Notes: generated from the sequence alone by a model not told the origin. Shown: positions 38,710 through 51,812, counted from the first letter of the whole stretch. The stretch is DNA of 63,635 nt, filler included, from Octopus bimaculoides (GCF_001194135.2; 6 parts of 6 records of this genome joined end to end with filler, not necessarily neighbours in it); one strand, 5' to 3'. Made by a program: numbers and translations.

Positions 38710-39100
38710 TTTCAAATATTCTTTTCTACTCAATGTACAAGGCCTGAAATTTTTTTTTGGGGGGGGGGCGGTCGGGGCCGGTCGATTAGATCATCTCCGT
38801 ACGCAACTGGTACTTAATTTATCGATCCCGGAAAGATGAAAGGCAAAGTAAAGCATTTCGCCCGGCGTTGCTAACGTTTCTTAATTCTTTATTGCCCACA
38901 AGAGGCTAAACATAGAGGGGACAAACAAGGACAGACAAAGGGATTAAGTCGATTACATCGACCCCAGTGCGTAACTGGTACTTAATTTATCGACCCTGAA
39001 AGGATGAAAGGCAAAGTCGACCTCGGCGGAATTTGAACCCAGAACGTACAGCTCAGCATTTCGCCCTCCGTGCTGACGTTTCTGCCACTTCACCGCCTTA
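38710..39100 (-). mobile_element. Two nested or tandem SINE family B copies with different 3' tails
   Basis: actggtacttaatttatcgaccc...gatgaaaggcaaagt occurs twice. The tails are ...gggccggtcgattagatc and ...cccacaagaggctaaacatagagggg. Confidence 0.85.
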
Positions 39101-39779
39101 GTATTTTCCTAATATTAAATACTTTATGTTCTACAATTTCATGAGTCTTGAAATTCTATACTGACATCTCGAAAATATGATTTTTAAATAAGAAATTTGA
39201 AGATGTAATCGCNNNNNNNNNNNNNNNNNNNNNNNNNNNNNNNNNNNNNNNNNNNNNNNNNNNNNNNNNNNNNNNNNNNNNNNNNNNNNNNNNNNNNNNN
39301 NNNNNNNNNNNNNNNNNNNNNNNNNNNNNNNNNNNNNNNNNNNNNNNNNNNNNNNNNNNNNNNNNNNNNNNNNNNNNNNNNNNNNNNNNNNNNNNNNNNN
39401 NNNNNNNNNNNNNNNNNNNNNNNNNNNNNNNNNNNNNNNNNNNNNNNNNNNNNNNNNNNNNNNNNNNNNNNNNNNNNNNNNNNNNNNNNNNNNNNNNNNN
39501 NNNNNNNNNNNNNNNNNNNNNNNNNNNNNNNNNNNNNNNNNNNNNNNNNNNNNNNNNNNNNNNNNNNNNNNNNNNNNNNNNNNNNNNNNNNNNNNNNNNN
39601 NNNNNNNNNNNNNNNNNNNNNNNNNNNNNNNNNNNNNNNNNNNNNNNNNNNNNNNNNNNNNNNNNNNNNNNNNNNNNNNNNNNNNNNNNNNNNNNNNNNN
39701 NNNNNNNNNNNNTATATGTGTATGTATGTATGTATGTATGTATGTATGTATGTACGTATGCATGCATATATGTGTCTGT

Positions 39780-39970
39780 GTCTGTCTATCGTTCCCATCG
39801 CATGGCAACCGGTGTTGGTGTGTTTATGTCCCCGTGAGCAAGTAGTTCGTAAAATGAGACCGATAGGATAAGTGCGAGGCTTAAAAAATAAGTGCTGCGG
39901 ATGATCTATTCGACTAATAATATAAGGCGTTGCCCCAGCATGGCCGCAGTCAAATAGCTGAAACAAAATA
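39780..39970 (+). mobile_element. SINE family A tail
   Basis: ggcaaccggtgttggtgtgtttatgtccccg...ccagcatggccgcagtcaaatagctgaaac. Confidence 0.7.
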
Positions 39971-40197
39971 AATTTATATCGCTGACTCCTCAGTATATCG
40001 AGTGCTTCTGCGGCTGATTGGTGTTTACGTTTTTTTAGATTTTAATTATTTCTGTAAGAGGTTTTGGAACGTAACACTCGCGATAATCGAGGGATTGCTG
40101 TGCACCTTTTTATGCTCCAATTTGAAACCAGATTGATTTTTTTTTTCCATTTAGGAATATTGTCTTAAACAAGAATCGAATCTTTCAAATTAAACGA

Positions 40198-40367
40198 TGA
40201 CGTCATGACATATCTAACCAATGACGTTCAGCAACTACAAATCTAATTTATTAATTGACGTCAGCAAAAATTCTGACAGTCGAAAGTTGTTGATGGCTAC
40301 TCATTCAGGCTTTGATTCAAATAAAATCAGCTTATAAAAGGAGCAGACGACAGATAGACGGTCAGTC
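40198..40367 (+). promoter_or_regulatory. Pol II core promoter: two palindromic CRE sites, CCAAT box, TATA box and Initiator
   Basis: TGACGTCA at 40198-40205 and 40256-40263; CCAAT at 40218-40222 overlapping a TGACG half-site; TATAAAAG at 40333-40340; TCAGTC Inr at 40362-40367, whose A lies 31 nt after the first T of the TATA box. Confidence 0.6.
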
Positions 40368-40654
40368 TTTGACAGAGAGTGACAGGCAACTGACATAGGA
40401 GAGAGAACGTAGACCTGTCATGCATTCACATCAATGGTTGGCCAGACCTGCCAAACAAGAAGTTTGCAACATGAAGCGAGCTAACACTTACTGGGATAGG
40501 GTTTACACTGTGCCCACTGACACATGCGTTCATTTACTTACTCTCTTCCTCTTTTTTTCCGCCTCCCACCCTCTCCCTTCCTCTCCTTCCCTCGCTCTTC
40601 CTCTCCTTTCCTCTCCCTCCCAACTGTCTTCCTGTCTTTCTGTCTGTCTGATTA

Positions 40655-40691
<37 letters not shown>

Positions 40692-41149
40692 CACATACGT
40701 AATTATAAAATCGAGCCACAACATTTTCAACGTGTACGAGGTGGTATAACTTAAATCCTTATTGTTAACACTTAGAAACCGCGAGTATGCCTCTACGAAC
40801 AAAATTCCGTCTGACTCTACTCACCGGAAGACTAGTTGACTTTGTGTTTTATAGCTCGCTAATTCGCAAAAACATCGTCATTTTCAGCCGTAAACACGAA
40901 GCCATGTAGCTGCCCACTTTTGTGCCTTTCATGTGGAATAGTTTAATTAAATCACGCCCACAATTCTTGCTAACGGGTTCAAAGTGTAAAAGAATTAACC
41001 CATTAAGTCCCACTGAAAAAGAACATTTAGCAGCAAAGGCACAACAGAAATGAGAATCAAATGTGAAGATATTATAAAGTGGGTGGCAGAAAACCGCCGA
41101 GAGGGTGGTTTTCTGCTAGTAAATGTACATATATATTTGTCTCCCTGTT

Positions 41150-41345
41150 TATTATTCTATTTTCTCTCCCTGTTTATTTCTATGTTCCTTTCTGTTGAAG
41201 AGCGTAGGCTCGAAACGTAAAAGACTTTCTCACTTCCCGAGCGTTAAANNNNNNNNNNGACTTTCTCACTTCCCGAGCGTTAAACTAATACATCTGTTTA
41301 TTATTTCCACACCCGTCGTCGTCTTTCTTTTTTATTCGTAAATTT
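41150..41345 (+). repeat. Hammerhead-like dispersed repeat, copy 4
   Basis: ccttt CTGTTGA a GAGC gtag GCTC GAAA cGTA aaaga. Confidence 0.6.
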
Positions 41346-43001
41346 TCATTATATATATATTATTTATATTATTATATGATCGAATACTACTCATCCATTT
41401 CCAAGTAAGTTTTATCTTAATAATTCAGATGCGCACTCTACACTCTCTATTCTCCCTTTATCGCTATTATTCTTCTTTCTTTCTGTTTTTGTTCTCCCGC
41501 ACTTCACCGTTCTCTTTCTCTCCCTCTCTGTCCCTCACTCTTCCTCTTTGACTCTCTCGTTGCTCACACGTGACCAGCGGCTATCGTTCTTTTTTCTTCT
41601 CGCTTTACAAGAGATAAGACCTACTTTTGCCTGTCTCTTGTCATAGCTCCTTTCTTCAGCGTTCACAACTTCACCTCGTTATGGCTTAACAGCCCTCAAC
41701 GTTTGTTTTTACTGTTTTGTTCTTCCTGTCCTGTTTTTGTTACTTCCGCAAAAATCCCAAATTTTATTTAATTTGCTTTGCGAGAAGGACTGTTTTAACG
41801 AAGTCGCATCTTGTCCCAACTTTCGAAACGCGGAGTAGATAAAACAGGGGACAACTGATGAAGGGAATGTTCTTTATGTTGCCTGTCTCGTTTCTCTATT
41901 TGTTTCTTTCATTGTTCGAAAAGATGTTCGTTTTCCATGGTTTTTTTTAATGTTCTCGTTTTTCATTTTGTTCATGTTCTCTTGACGTCCTGTACCCATA
42001 TATGCATGTATATATGCATATATATATATGTTTATATATATATATATATATAAATAGATAAAAATACATATACATATGTGCATACATGCATGAAGTGGTT
42101 TGTTATACCTTACAATGCTTCCATTCGATTACCATTTTTACCAATGAAAGAAAAATAATTAAGGGCAAAGCATATGTGATTCTAGTGTTGAAGAGACTTC
42201 CGGTAGTTGCTGCCATTTCTTGCATCAGAAGTCGGTAAAAAATTTGTAAAATTTGTAAAAGACTTGAAAATATTTCAAGCAAAATTCAGTATTNNNNNNN
42301 NNNNNNNNNNNNNNNNNNNNNNNNNNNNNNNNNNNNNNNNNNNNNNNNNNNNNNNNNNNNNNNNNNNNNNNNNNNNNNNNNNNNNNNNNNNNNNNNNNNN
42401 NNNNNNNNNNNNNNNNNNNNNNNNNNNNNNNNNNNNNNNNNNNNNNNNNNNNNNNNNNNNNNNNNNNNNNNNNNNNNNNNNNNNNNNNNNNNNNNNNNNN
42501 NNNNNNNNNNNNNNNNNNNNNNNNNNNNNNNNNNNNNNNNNNNNNNNNNNNNNNNNNNNNNNNNNNNNNNNNNNNNNNNNNNNNNNNNCAATACAGCACA
42601 ATAAGCATGAACATCAGCACCACCATCGCTGCCGCCACCATCACCACCACCAACACAACAACAACAACAACAAGCTCATTAAACAGATCCCTATGCTGCA
42701 GGTGTCATTTTCGGGGTCACTGTTAAGAGTACAAGATGGATGGTACTTTGCACTCTCAACTCCCTCTGCTCACCATCCAATGCCCCCCCCACCTGCCGCT
42801 ACTCATATTCATTCATTCATTCATTACATACAATGGCACCTCCATCCCCACTCCCCTTTACAAAGTACCTACTTCTACTCCCCACCACCATCACTCATTA
42901 TTCTCATTCACCATCATCACTGCCAACTCCACACTCCTCTATCGTCACTTCCCGACCTTCACCGTCACCCCACCCTTATCCATCTATCCATCCATCCATC
43001 C

Positions 43002-43100
<99 letters not shown>

Positions 43101-44124
43101 NNNNNNNNNNNNNNNNNNNNNNNNNNNNNNNNNNNNNNNNNNNNNNNNNNNNNNNNNNNNNNNNNNNNNNNNNNNNNNNNNNNNNNNNNNNNNNNNNNNN
43201 NNNNNNNNNNNNNNNNNNNNNNNNNNNNNNNNNNNNNNNNNNNNNNNNNNNNNNNNNNNNNNNNNNNNNNNNNNNNNNNNNNNNNNNNNNNNNNNNNNNN
43301 NNNNNNNNNNNNNNNNNNNNNNNNNNNNNNNNNNNNNNNNNNNNNNNNNNNNNNNNNNNNNNNNNNNNNNNNNNNNNNNNNNNNNNNNNNNNNNNNNNNN
43401 NNNNNNNNNNNNNNNNNNNNNNNNNNNNNNNNNNNNNNNNNNNNNNNNNNNNNNNNNNNNNNNNNNNNNNNNNNNNNNNNNNNNNNNNNNNNNNNNNNNN
43501 NNNNNNNNNNNNNNNNNNNNNNNNNNNNNNNNNNNNNNNNNNNNNNNNNNNNNNNNNNNNNNNNNNNNNNNNNNNNNNNNNNNNNNNNNNNNNNNNNNNN
43601 NNNNNNNNNNNNNNNNNNNNNNNNNNNNNNNNNNNNNNNNNNNNNNNNNNNNNNNNNNNNNNNNNNNNNNNNNNNNNNNNNNNNNNNNNNNNNNNNNNNN
43701 NNNNNNNNNNNNNNNNNNNNNNNNNNNNNNNNNNNNNNNNNNNNNNNNNNNNNNNNNNNNNNNNNNNNNNNNNNNNNNNNNNNNNNNNNNNNNNNNNNNN
43801 NNNNNNNNNNNNNNNNNNNNNNNNNNNNNNNNNNNNNNNNNNNNNNNNNNNNNNNNNNNNNNNNNNNNNNNNNNNNNNNNNNNNNNNNNNNNNNNNNNNN
43901 NNNNNNNNNNNNNNNNNNNNNNNNNNNNNNNNNNNNNNNNNACGAATGATCATGGGATATTACTTAAAAAATTCCCGTCCGAGGCACAAGTCCGAGCAAG
44001 GTTGTTTATGGAAGACCAGCAGTCATCTGATCTGTACATACCAGCCTCCCCTCTCTCCACGCCACCGATGTTATCCAAGGGAAAACCAAAGTCCGATGCA
44101 GCTTGGCACCAGTGACGTCACAAT

Positions 44125-44250
44125 TCATTTCTTCAGCTGAGTGAACTGAAGCAACGTGAAATAAAGTGTCTTGCTCAAGAACACAACACACAGCCCAGTC
44201 CGAGAATTGAACTCATTACCTCATGATTGTGAGCCCGACGTTCTGAGCCA
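44125..44250 (-). mobile_element. SINE family C head fragment
   Basis: cagctgagtgaactgaagcaacgtgaaataaagtgtcttgctcaagaacacaac. Confidence 0.75.
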
Positions 44251-44707
44251 TGTGTGTATGTATGTATGTGTGTATGTCCAGGGTATGACTTTATACTGCA
44301 TCCAGTTCGGGAGTTCCATGGTTTTGAAGAGTATGGAACCAGCCCCTTGCGACCATTTTCCCCATGCGTTCTCTGACCCAAAGAAATAGCATTTCTCAGG
44401 GTCGTAGCTATTTTGTGAAACAGCATTTGTGATGAGAACGCATCTGAGGGCGGGAACGAGTCTTGGACTAAATGTCAGAAATGGCAATGATAAGGAAGAA
44501 ACACAAAGAGACGCCAAGCATCCGTATGTATATGCATTTGAAATACAATTGATATAAAACAAAAGGTGAAGCAAGTGAACACCGAATGTAATATAGTGCG
44601 TGTGTTTTCATTGGTTAAACTGGCAACATGACCATCCCTAAATACAGCAATATCTGTTTCAACACACGAATTCACATCAAGAATCTTACAAAACGAATAC
44701 GAATATA

Positions 44708-44743
<36 letters not shown>

Positions 44744-45050
44744 TGTATGTATGTATGTATGTATGTTTGTGTGTGTATGTATGTATATATATGTGTATGT
44801 ATGTATATGTGTATGTATGTATAGAGGGAAACAGAAAGAGAGCAAAAAGTGGAAACTTTGAGTCGATGAATATTTAAGTATAAATATAACGGTATTCCTA
44901 TTGATAGATCAAACTTAGAGTATAAATGAAAGAGAAAATTAAAGGTTTGTACTCTGTGTAAGTTTGGTCTATTAATATAAATATCTACATATTTATACTT
45001 GAACAGTCATCGTCTGAATGTCTTCAATCTTTGCTCTCTTTCTGTTCGCA

Positions 45051-45167
<117 letters not shown>

Positions 45168-45403
45168 TGTACATAATACTCAGGCTGTTATATTTAATTC
45201 CACACTTTGCTCCTCACAAATGGTTTCTCGTACAGACATCGGAGTTTGAGTTCGAACCATTTGATCGCTGCTAATTGTTTTCTAATCCGAGAATCTCTGG
45301 ATCTCAATATATATATATATACATATACACACACACACACACATATATATAGATATATATGTATGTATACATGTGCGTGTGAGTGTGTATGTGTGTGTGC
45401 ATG

Positions 45404-45444
<41 letters not shown>

Positions 45445-45554
45445 ATATATATATATAGGTAGATATATGGGCATAATACATACATTCATACATTCAAACG
45501 ATACGCAATATCAAATGTAGAGACATGAACTGTAGCAAGTGTATTAACTACTAC

Positions 45555-45609
<55 letters not shown>

Positions 45610-45774
45610 GCTACTGCTGTTGCATGGGGAGATTTAAATAGATTTNNNNNNNNNNACTGCTGCTGCTGCTACTGCTGTTGCATGGGGAGATTTAAATAGA
45701 TTTAGGATTCTTGTGTAAAGCCAAACCTAGGAAACGGTGCATAACAATAAGTATGTAAGGAATACACAAACGCG

Positions 45775-45823
<49 letters not shown>

Positions 45824-46429
45824 ACATACACACTCACACACAAATAAACAAACGTGATATATATAGGTATGTATACATATATGTCTGTGTATGTGTGTGC
45901 TTGTGTGTGTGTGTGTTGTATATAAATATATATATATATACACACGTACATATTCATATATGTATATATTTCCTTCGATTCTTTTTCTATATTTCGATCT
46001 AAATCATGTTTTTTTTCCTCAAATAGTACAGAGAAATGACAAATACATAAATGAATAAATAAATAAATGTATAAATAAATAGAAAGAAGACAAAAATATC
46101 AACCGCTGGCTCTCTATTCAGTTGTGAAATTTTTTCCAATTGATCTGCCGCATTTATCTGGATTGAAATAATTCAAATAGTACGAAATATTTGTAAGAAA
46201 AGAATCAGCGAAAATTTGCTTTCCTTAAAACATGTTGTTAATATATTTATTATTTATTCAAATTACTGCTCAACCTCTTTCGAATTTGAAATAGTATTAC
46301 ATGTTGCCGGAATAATTTTGGCCTGCTATTTTCAAGAATTCAACAAATTCACTCTTTTTAACATTACTTAAGAAAATCCTTCATTTTGTTTCAGTCATTG
46401 GAATGCGGCCATGCTGTGACAACGACTTG

Positions 46430-48890
46430 AACAAATCTGTGTAGACTGGCAAGTATGGAGCGGCTAGTTCTTTTTCTGAGGCAAAGAAGAGTCCTTCAGT
46501 TTCAGCTTTCATCCCTCTGTTTCTTAACGATTATTGTTTGTTTTTTTAACCCATCTCCACGATCTCAGATTGTTTTGTGTTTTTTTTTTTAATGCCGGTA
46601 TTGACCATGAAGGGGTCTTTTTTTCTTAATAACTGACGTTCTTAATTTTCTGTTTCTGCTTAATATTTAACTTTCTTCCATTTTCCGTTGTTTGTCTTTT
46701 CTTCTCACACTATTTCACTTCAACTTCTGTTTTGCATTTGCTAGTTTTCTTGAGGACAAAAAAAAAATTGCAGTCATTTGTTTTGTTCATGTTTTACTGC
46801 TCTCAGTATTAGTTTTCTGTTGTTATTTATTAGTTACTTTTACAGTCTTACAGTAAATATTTTATAAAAGTTGCTACCTACTCAACTTCTCTTCCTATTA
46901 GTGTTTGTGGTAAACATAAGCTTTCAAAGTCAAAGTTTGAATAATATCTTGTTTTTCCGTCTAGTTTTGCTAATTCATTTAACGATCAGCTGAAAAATAT
47001 TTTAACCATTACTTAATTCTGGAGCAACTAGATAATTGACAAGTATTACCTTAATTTTCAATTAACTCTACCTTAATTATTAATTTGATGCACTTTTGAT
47101 ATTGAATTAACCATTTTTTCATTTGTGCGAGTTGTACTCGATCTAGTTGACTGATTCTTTAGAATTTGTAAGTTTGTATTTGGTGTAATCATCATTTCCC
47201 CTTTTCATTAACTAATAGCAGCTATTAGTTTTCTTAATTAATTCATAGATATATCTCCCAGGATGCTTTAACACATTTAACGAATGACTTCCTTCGATGA
47301 ATTCGTATACTGTTTGTAGCTGCGTTTCTAGTTGTTTATCATCTGCAGTGTACGACATGAAGTTATCCGTATAGAAAAAAGTTGGCTGGTTGTCCTCCAA
47401 TAGCATTCGTACTCGAGTCTGGTCTCCTTTGGTGTGTTGCTTCCCAGAGTTTTTAACATCGAATAGATGAAGAGTGAAGGAAGTCTTCTTGGAATATTTC
47501 TCTGGTAATGGTGACTGCAGTTACATTTTTATAATTCCTTCTTACCTCTATAACTACAGAATTGTTTACAGTTTGTTTGTGACGTGGTTTACATGTCTGT
47601 TTATCATTGATGCTATCTTACACATAGCCATCAAAACGCCTTAATCCCTGCCAAACTCAGAACTTTCTTTTCTTTCTAAAGTCTTCAGTTATGACTCTGT
47701 TGTAGAGTAATGGTTCTTTACAGCCATATGTGTTCTTTGAAGCATCTACTTTATTTTTCTATGAACAGGTTGTCTTTTCTGCTTATCTTCTGCGATGTTA
47801 TTTCAGTTAATACATCCTAAGCTGTAGGAAGATAGGCTATGGGTCTTTAGTTTTTAAGGTATTAGAAGATTAAGATGTTTTTTCTCTTCTGTAAGCCAGT
47901 CATATATTGTCTTTGGTGACAACAAAATCTTATTAAACTTCACTGTTATCACATGACTCAGTTAAATATTTTAACCAGGCGTTTGAGACAGTATTTTCGG
48001 GTATTTTCCAGTTGTTTGTTTATTGTAGAGTCTAAACTACATTTTTGTTGATATGGCCTTTCTACAATTGTTCACGTTCCTATGTTCGTTGCTTTGAAGT
48101 CGCGACCTTTGTGATTCCTTTGATGCCTCTACCTTTTTCAGTAGAATTCTTATTCTCTGATATTGGATTGATTTCTACTTTATTTTTATGCAAATCCTGA
48201 TCAAATCGTTTCGGGTTATATTCGGGCTGTTGCTTTTGTTCAAAGACCATTTGTACCATTTCATAACGTTCGGTTCTTTATAATTCAACGAAAATCTCTT
48301 ATTTTAGGCGTTCTTTGCTTTCCAGTTCATTATTTTCTTTTTCTATTATATTCCTATAATATTTGCTTTTTTTTTATTTTTCAGTTTCTCAATTTTGTCT
48401 TTTCGTTATCGCTTTTATCTGGGATTGAGAGATCTTTTGTTTTATTTTCTGCATTTTACTGCTTGCCACACCGTTTACTTGAGTTTTCATATCCCCATAG
48501 GATTAAAGTTGAGAGAATACCTACTTTCCTGTGTAATTAGCATAGCTACTGCATATATATATATATATATTATTTTCTTTAATCTGGTGATATTGATTTT
48601 CGTATTTGCTTTCATTAAGTCTACGATCACTAGTTTTTATTGTTGTTGCTATTTCAGCAGAGTAATTATTCTTAGGAGGTCTTTAGAAAGATGTTCCAGC
48701 GATTTGAAATCTGTAATTATATTTGCTATAAACTGTTCCGCTCATAGTTTCTTCCTTAAGAATTTCTCACTCGTAAACCATTCTCATATTCTTGCTTAGA
48801 CACATATTTGTTTGCGTTGATCCGGTTCGGTTTTGCTGTATTTTGTTATCTTCCTGGTTCATGTAGCCCATACTGTAAAAAAAAATTCTT
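46430..48890 (-). mobile_element. R4-clade (RLE-type) LINE, heavily decayed RT region
   Basis: Minus frames: NWKIP...NAWLKYL; DWLTE...TKDP; PTFFYTDNFMSY...QLETQLQTVYEF (decayed YMDD region); KKRPLHGQY; RNRGMKAETEGLFFA. Confidence 0.75.
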
Positions 48891-48894
48891 GTAT

Positions 48895-49410
48895 TAGATT
48901 CAGTCACTTTCTTTATTAACCATGAGGTTAAGAAAAAGAGGGGACGATACGAGGACAGACAAAACAAACATTGGGGTCAGGGGATCGAATGAGACGAAAC
49001 GTATGAATAAACAATTAAAATATATGCAATTAAATGAGAATGAGTGATTAACAAAAAAATGAAGCGGAGGGTGCGGTCGACCGCACACACCGCATACTCA
49101 CGCTGAAGACTTTGCTTTGTCCTTTTATTGGTTCTCGCTTAGACAAGTTCTTTCACTCGCAACATACTTGCTACAGACTTCCATCTTTTACGAAACACTC
49201 TTTGCGACAGGCGTTTCTTCTCCAGCCTTATTTTCCGTTTCTTGGGGGAAACGAAAAAGACGATTAACCCGAGACTGGAGATGAACATGTCTGCTGCAAT
49301 TCCTTTCACTCTCGTCTTCCATACTATCTCTTTCGCAACAGCAACTACCGAGAGAAAACAGGATCGCTCCTCCCAGTGGCTGTGGCGCAGCTGGAAGACC
49401 ACCATTAATA
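48895..49410 (-). mobile_element. Tx1/L1-like LINE 3' end with 3'UTR
   Basis: VAVAKEIVWKTRVKG...KRKIRLEKKRLSQRVFRKRW...RVK resembles the Tx1-clade C-terminus. A pyrimidine-rich UTR ends with AATAAA near 48910. Confidence 0.55.
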
Positions 49411-49414
49411 TACT

Positions 49415-49864
49415 CTTTACTCTCTTTTTACTCTTTTACTTGTTTCAGTCATTTGACTGCGGCCATGCTGGAGCACCGCCTTTAGTCGAGCAAATCGACC
49501 CCAGGACTTAATAAGTAAGCCCAGTACTTATTCTATTGGTCTCTTTTTTGCTGAACCGCTAAGTTACGGGGACGTAAACACACCAGCATCAGTTGTCAAG
49601 CGATGTTGGGGGGAATACCGCAAGGTATTCATTCTGACGCAGGCATGGCTGTGTGGTAAGACGTTCGTTTTGCAGTTCCGTGGTTTCAGGTTTAGTGTCA
49701 CTGTGCTGTACCTTGGGCAGTACCTTCTATTCTATCCCGCATTGACCAATGCAAACTGAGTGAGTTTGGTTGACAGAAACTGCGTAGACGCTCTTGGTAA
49801 ACATACATACATACATACATACATACATACATACATACATACATACATACATACATGTGTGTGT

Positions 49865-49902
<38 letters not shown>

Positions 49903-50135
49903 GTGCGTTTGTATATCTGTCACTCCACCGCTTGACAACCGGTCTGGGTTTGTTTACGTCTTCCTAACTTTGTGCTTCAGCATAAATAGACGATCGAATA
50001 AAGTACCAGGCTTTATAACAAAAAAAAACAAAACAAAAAAACAAGAAGTGGGATCGATCTGTTCGACTAAAACCCTTCAAGGCATTGCCCGAACATGGCC
50101 GCTGTCCAATCACTGAAACCAGTATAAGATAAATC
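49415..50135. mobile_element. SINE family A: a minus-strand tail (49415-49610) next to a plus-strand head-microsatellite-tail copy (49638-50135)
   Basis: cagtcatttgactgcggccatgctggagcaccgcc...; gcaggcatggctgtgtggtaag...ccttgggcag...(TACA)n(TG)n...ccgcttgacaaccgg...catggccgc. Confidence 0.8.
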
Positions 50136-50149
50136 GCCGCCATACTTAC

Positions 50150-50203
50150 TGAAGTACGTAGAGGCTTCTTCCTCCAGCAGATGTTCGACAGCTAGTTCGT
50201 ACT
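50150..50203 (-). CDS. Candidate 54-nt symmetric (phase 1-1) internal exon of an unidentified gene
   Basis: Minus strand: acceptor ttttttttggcAG, open frame (x)AG-YELAVEHLLEEEASTYF-A, perfect donor GTAAGT. No partner exons were identified. Confidence 0.35.
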
Positions 50204-50688
50204 CTGCCAAAAAAAATATTGAAATCATTGAGCTTTGTAGAATATGATACTCAGGCATTTATCTTTGAACATTTCAATGTATTCTGCTCCAACACTAAAG
50301 TACTTGTGTTATAGAAGACATATATTTATACCCCTTAGAGACTGTGTTAAGTTGAAGTGTGTATAAGATAGCTTTAGCTTTCACGGAAGCCATATTGATA
50401 CGTAACAGTTGGTTTTTCTCTCGAAATCTTATTGAATTTCCCATCCGATAATTTCATTCCTGATTCTTCTCTGATAAAGTGAAATCAGAGAAACTGGTCA
50501 ATAGGTTTAAGCTTCGGCAATATTTTCTACTTCACGGTGTCCACGTTACTAATGCCGTCGCTGCCTTGACGTCATCGGCAAAACGCTTGAAACATTCTTT
50601 CTTTTTATTTAATTAAGAATGTGTTTTGGAAGTCGTTTTTTCAGAATTACAGTTAGCACTTGTTAAAGGTTTGCCGAAGTTTCTCATC

Positions 50689-50729
<41 letters not shown>

Positions 50730-50730
50730 A

Positions 50731-50761
<31 letters not shown>

Positions 50762-51186
50762 TTATCTCTCTGTCTCTCTGTCTCTCTCTTTCTTTACATA
50801 TATATACACACACAGACACACACATATATACACATGCTTAAACACACATTTATGTATATGCATATATGTACGTGTGTGTATATATATTTTTATAAATGTA
50901 CGTAAATATATATGCGCAATATATGTGAATATAGTGCGTATGTATGTATGTATGTATGTATGTATGTATGTTTGTACGTGTGTGTGTGTATAGAAGTATA
51001 TATCTTTTGTATTTTACAGTTATATTTCATGTTGCTCCTGCTCAGATGGCGGAAACGCGGGATTCTACAACGGGTCGTGGTGTATATTTTATATCCCACG
51101 GCATTAAAATATACGCCACGGAATCCGGGAAACCGGCCTTATGAGCCTATGGTTCAAGAAAAACCTTTGATCTTTTAATACTTACG

Positions 51187-51315
51187 TCAGGCTTCTTTCA
51201 GTTTTGCCTACCAAATCCACTCACAAGGCTTTAGTCAACCCGTGATTATAGAAGATACTTGCCCAAGGTGTCACAATGGGACTGAACCAGGGACCATGTG
51301 GGCTAAGTAGCAAAC
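51187..51315 (-). mobile_element. SINE family A head
   Basis: ggcttctttcagttttgcctaccaaatccactcacaagg...acttgcccaaggtg...accatgtgg. Confidence 0.8.
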
Positions 51316-51364
51316 GAGAACATTAATGTCAACCTTTCCTTATTCACTGAAAGCCGACCACAGT

Positions 51365-51812
51365 AGAATGGATATTCTTTTCTACTCTAGGCACAAGACC
51401 CGAAATTTTGGGGGAGGGAGCCAGTCAATTAGATTGACCTCAGTACGCAATTGTACTTAATTTATCGACCCCGAAAAGATGAAAGACAAAGTCGACCTCG
51501 GAGGAATTTGAACTCAGAACGTTAAGACAGACGAAATACCGCTAAGCATTTCGCCCAGCGTTCTAACGTTACTTATTTCTTTATTGCCCACAAGGGGCTA
51601 AACATAGAGGGGACAAACATGAACAGACAAAGGGATTAAGTCGATTACATCGACCCTAGTGCGTAACTGGTACTTAATTTATCGACCCCGGATGGATGAA
51701 AGGCAAAGTCGACCTCGGCGGAATTTGAACTCAGAATGTAAAGACAGACGAAATACCACTAAGCATTTCGCCCGGCGTGCTAACGTTTCTGCCAGCTCTT
51801 GCCGCCTTAACA
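51365..51812 (-). mobile_element. Two tandem SINE family B copies with different 3' tails
   Basis: Same arrangement as 38710-39100; ends ...ctaacgtttctgccagctcttgccgcctta. Confidence 0.85.

Noticed and set aside
44281-44480. Open frames GYDFILHPVREFHGFEEYG... (+) and ...YDPEKCYFFGSENAWGKW... (-)
   Set aside because: They look protein-like but have weak or missing splice signals, no recognisable family and no resemblance to the missing PhnX C-terminus.
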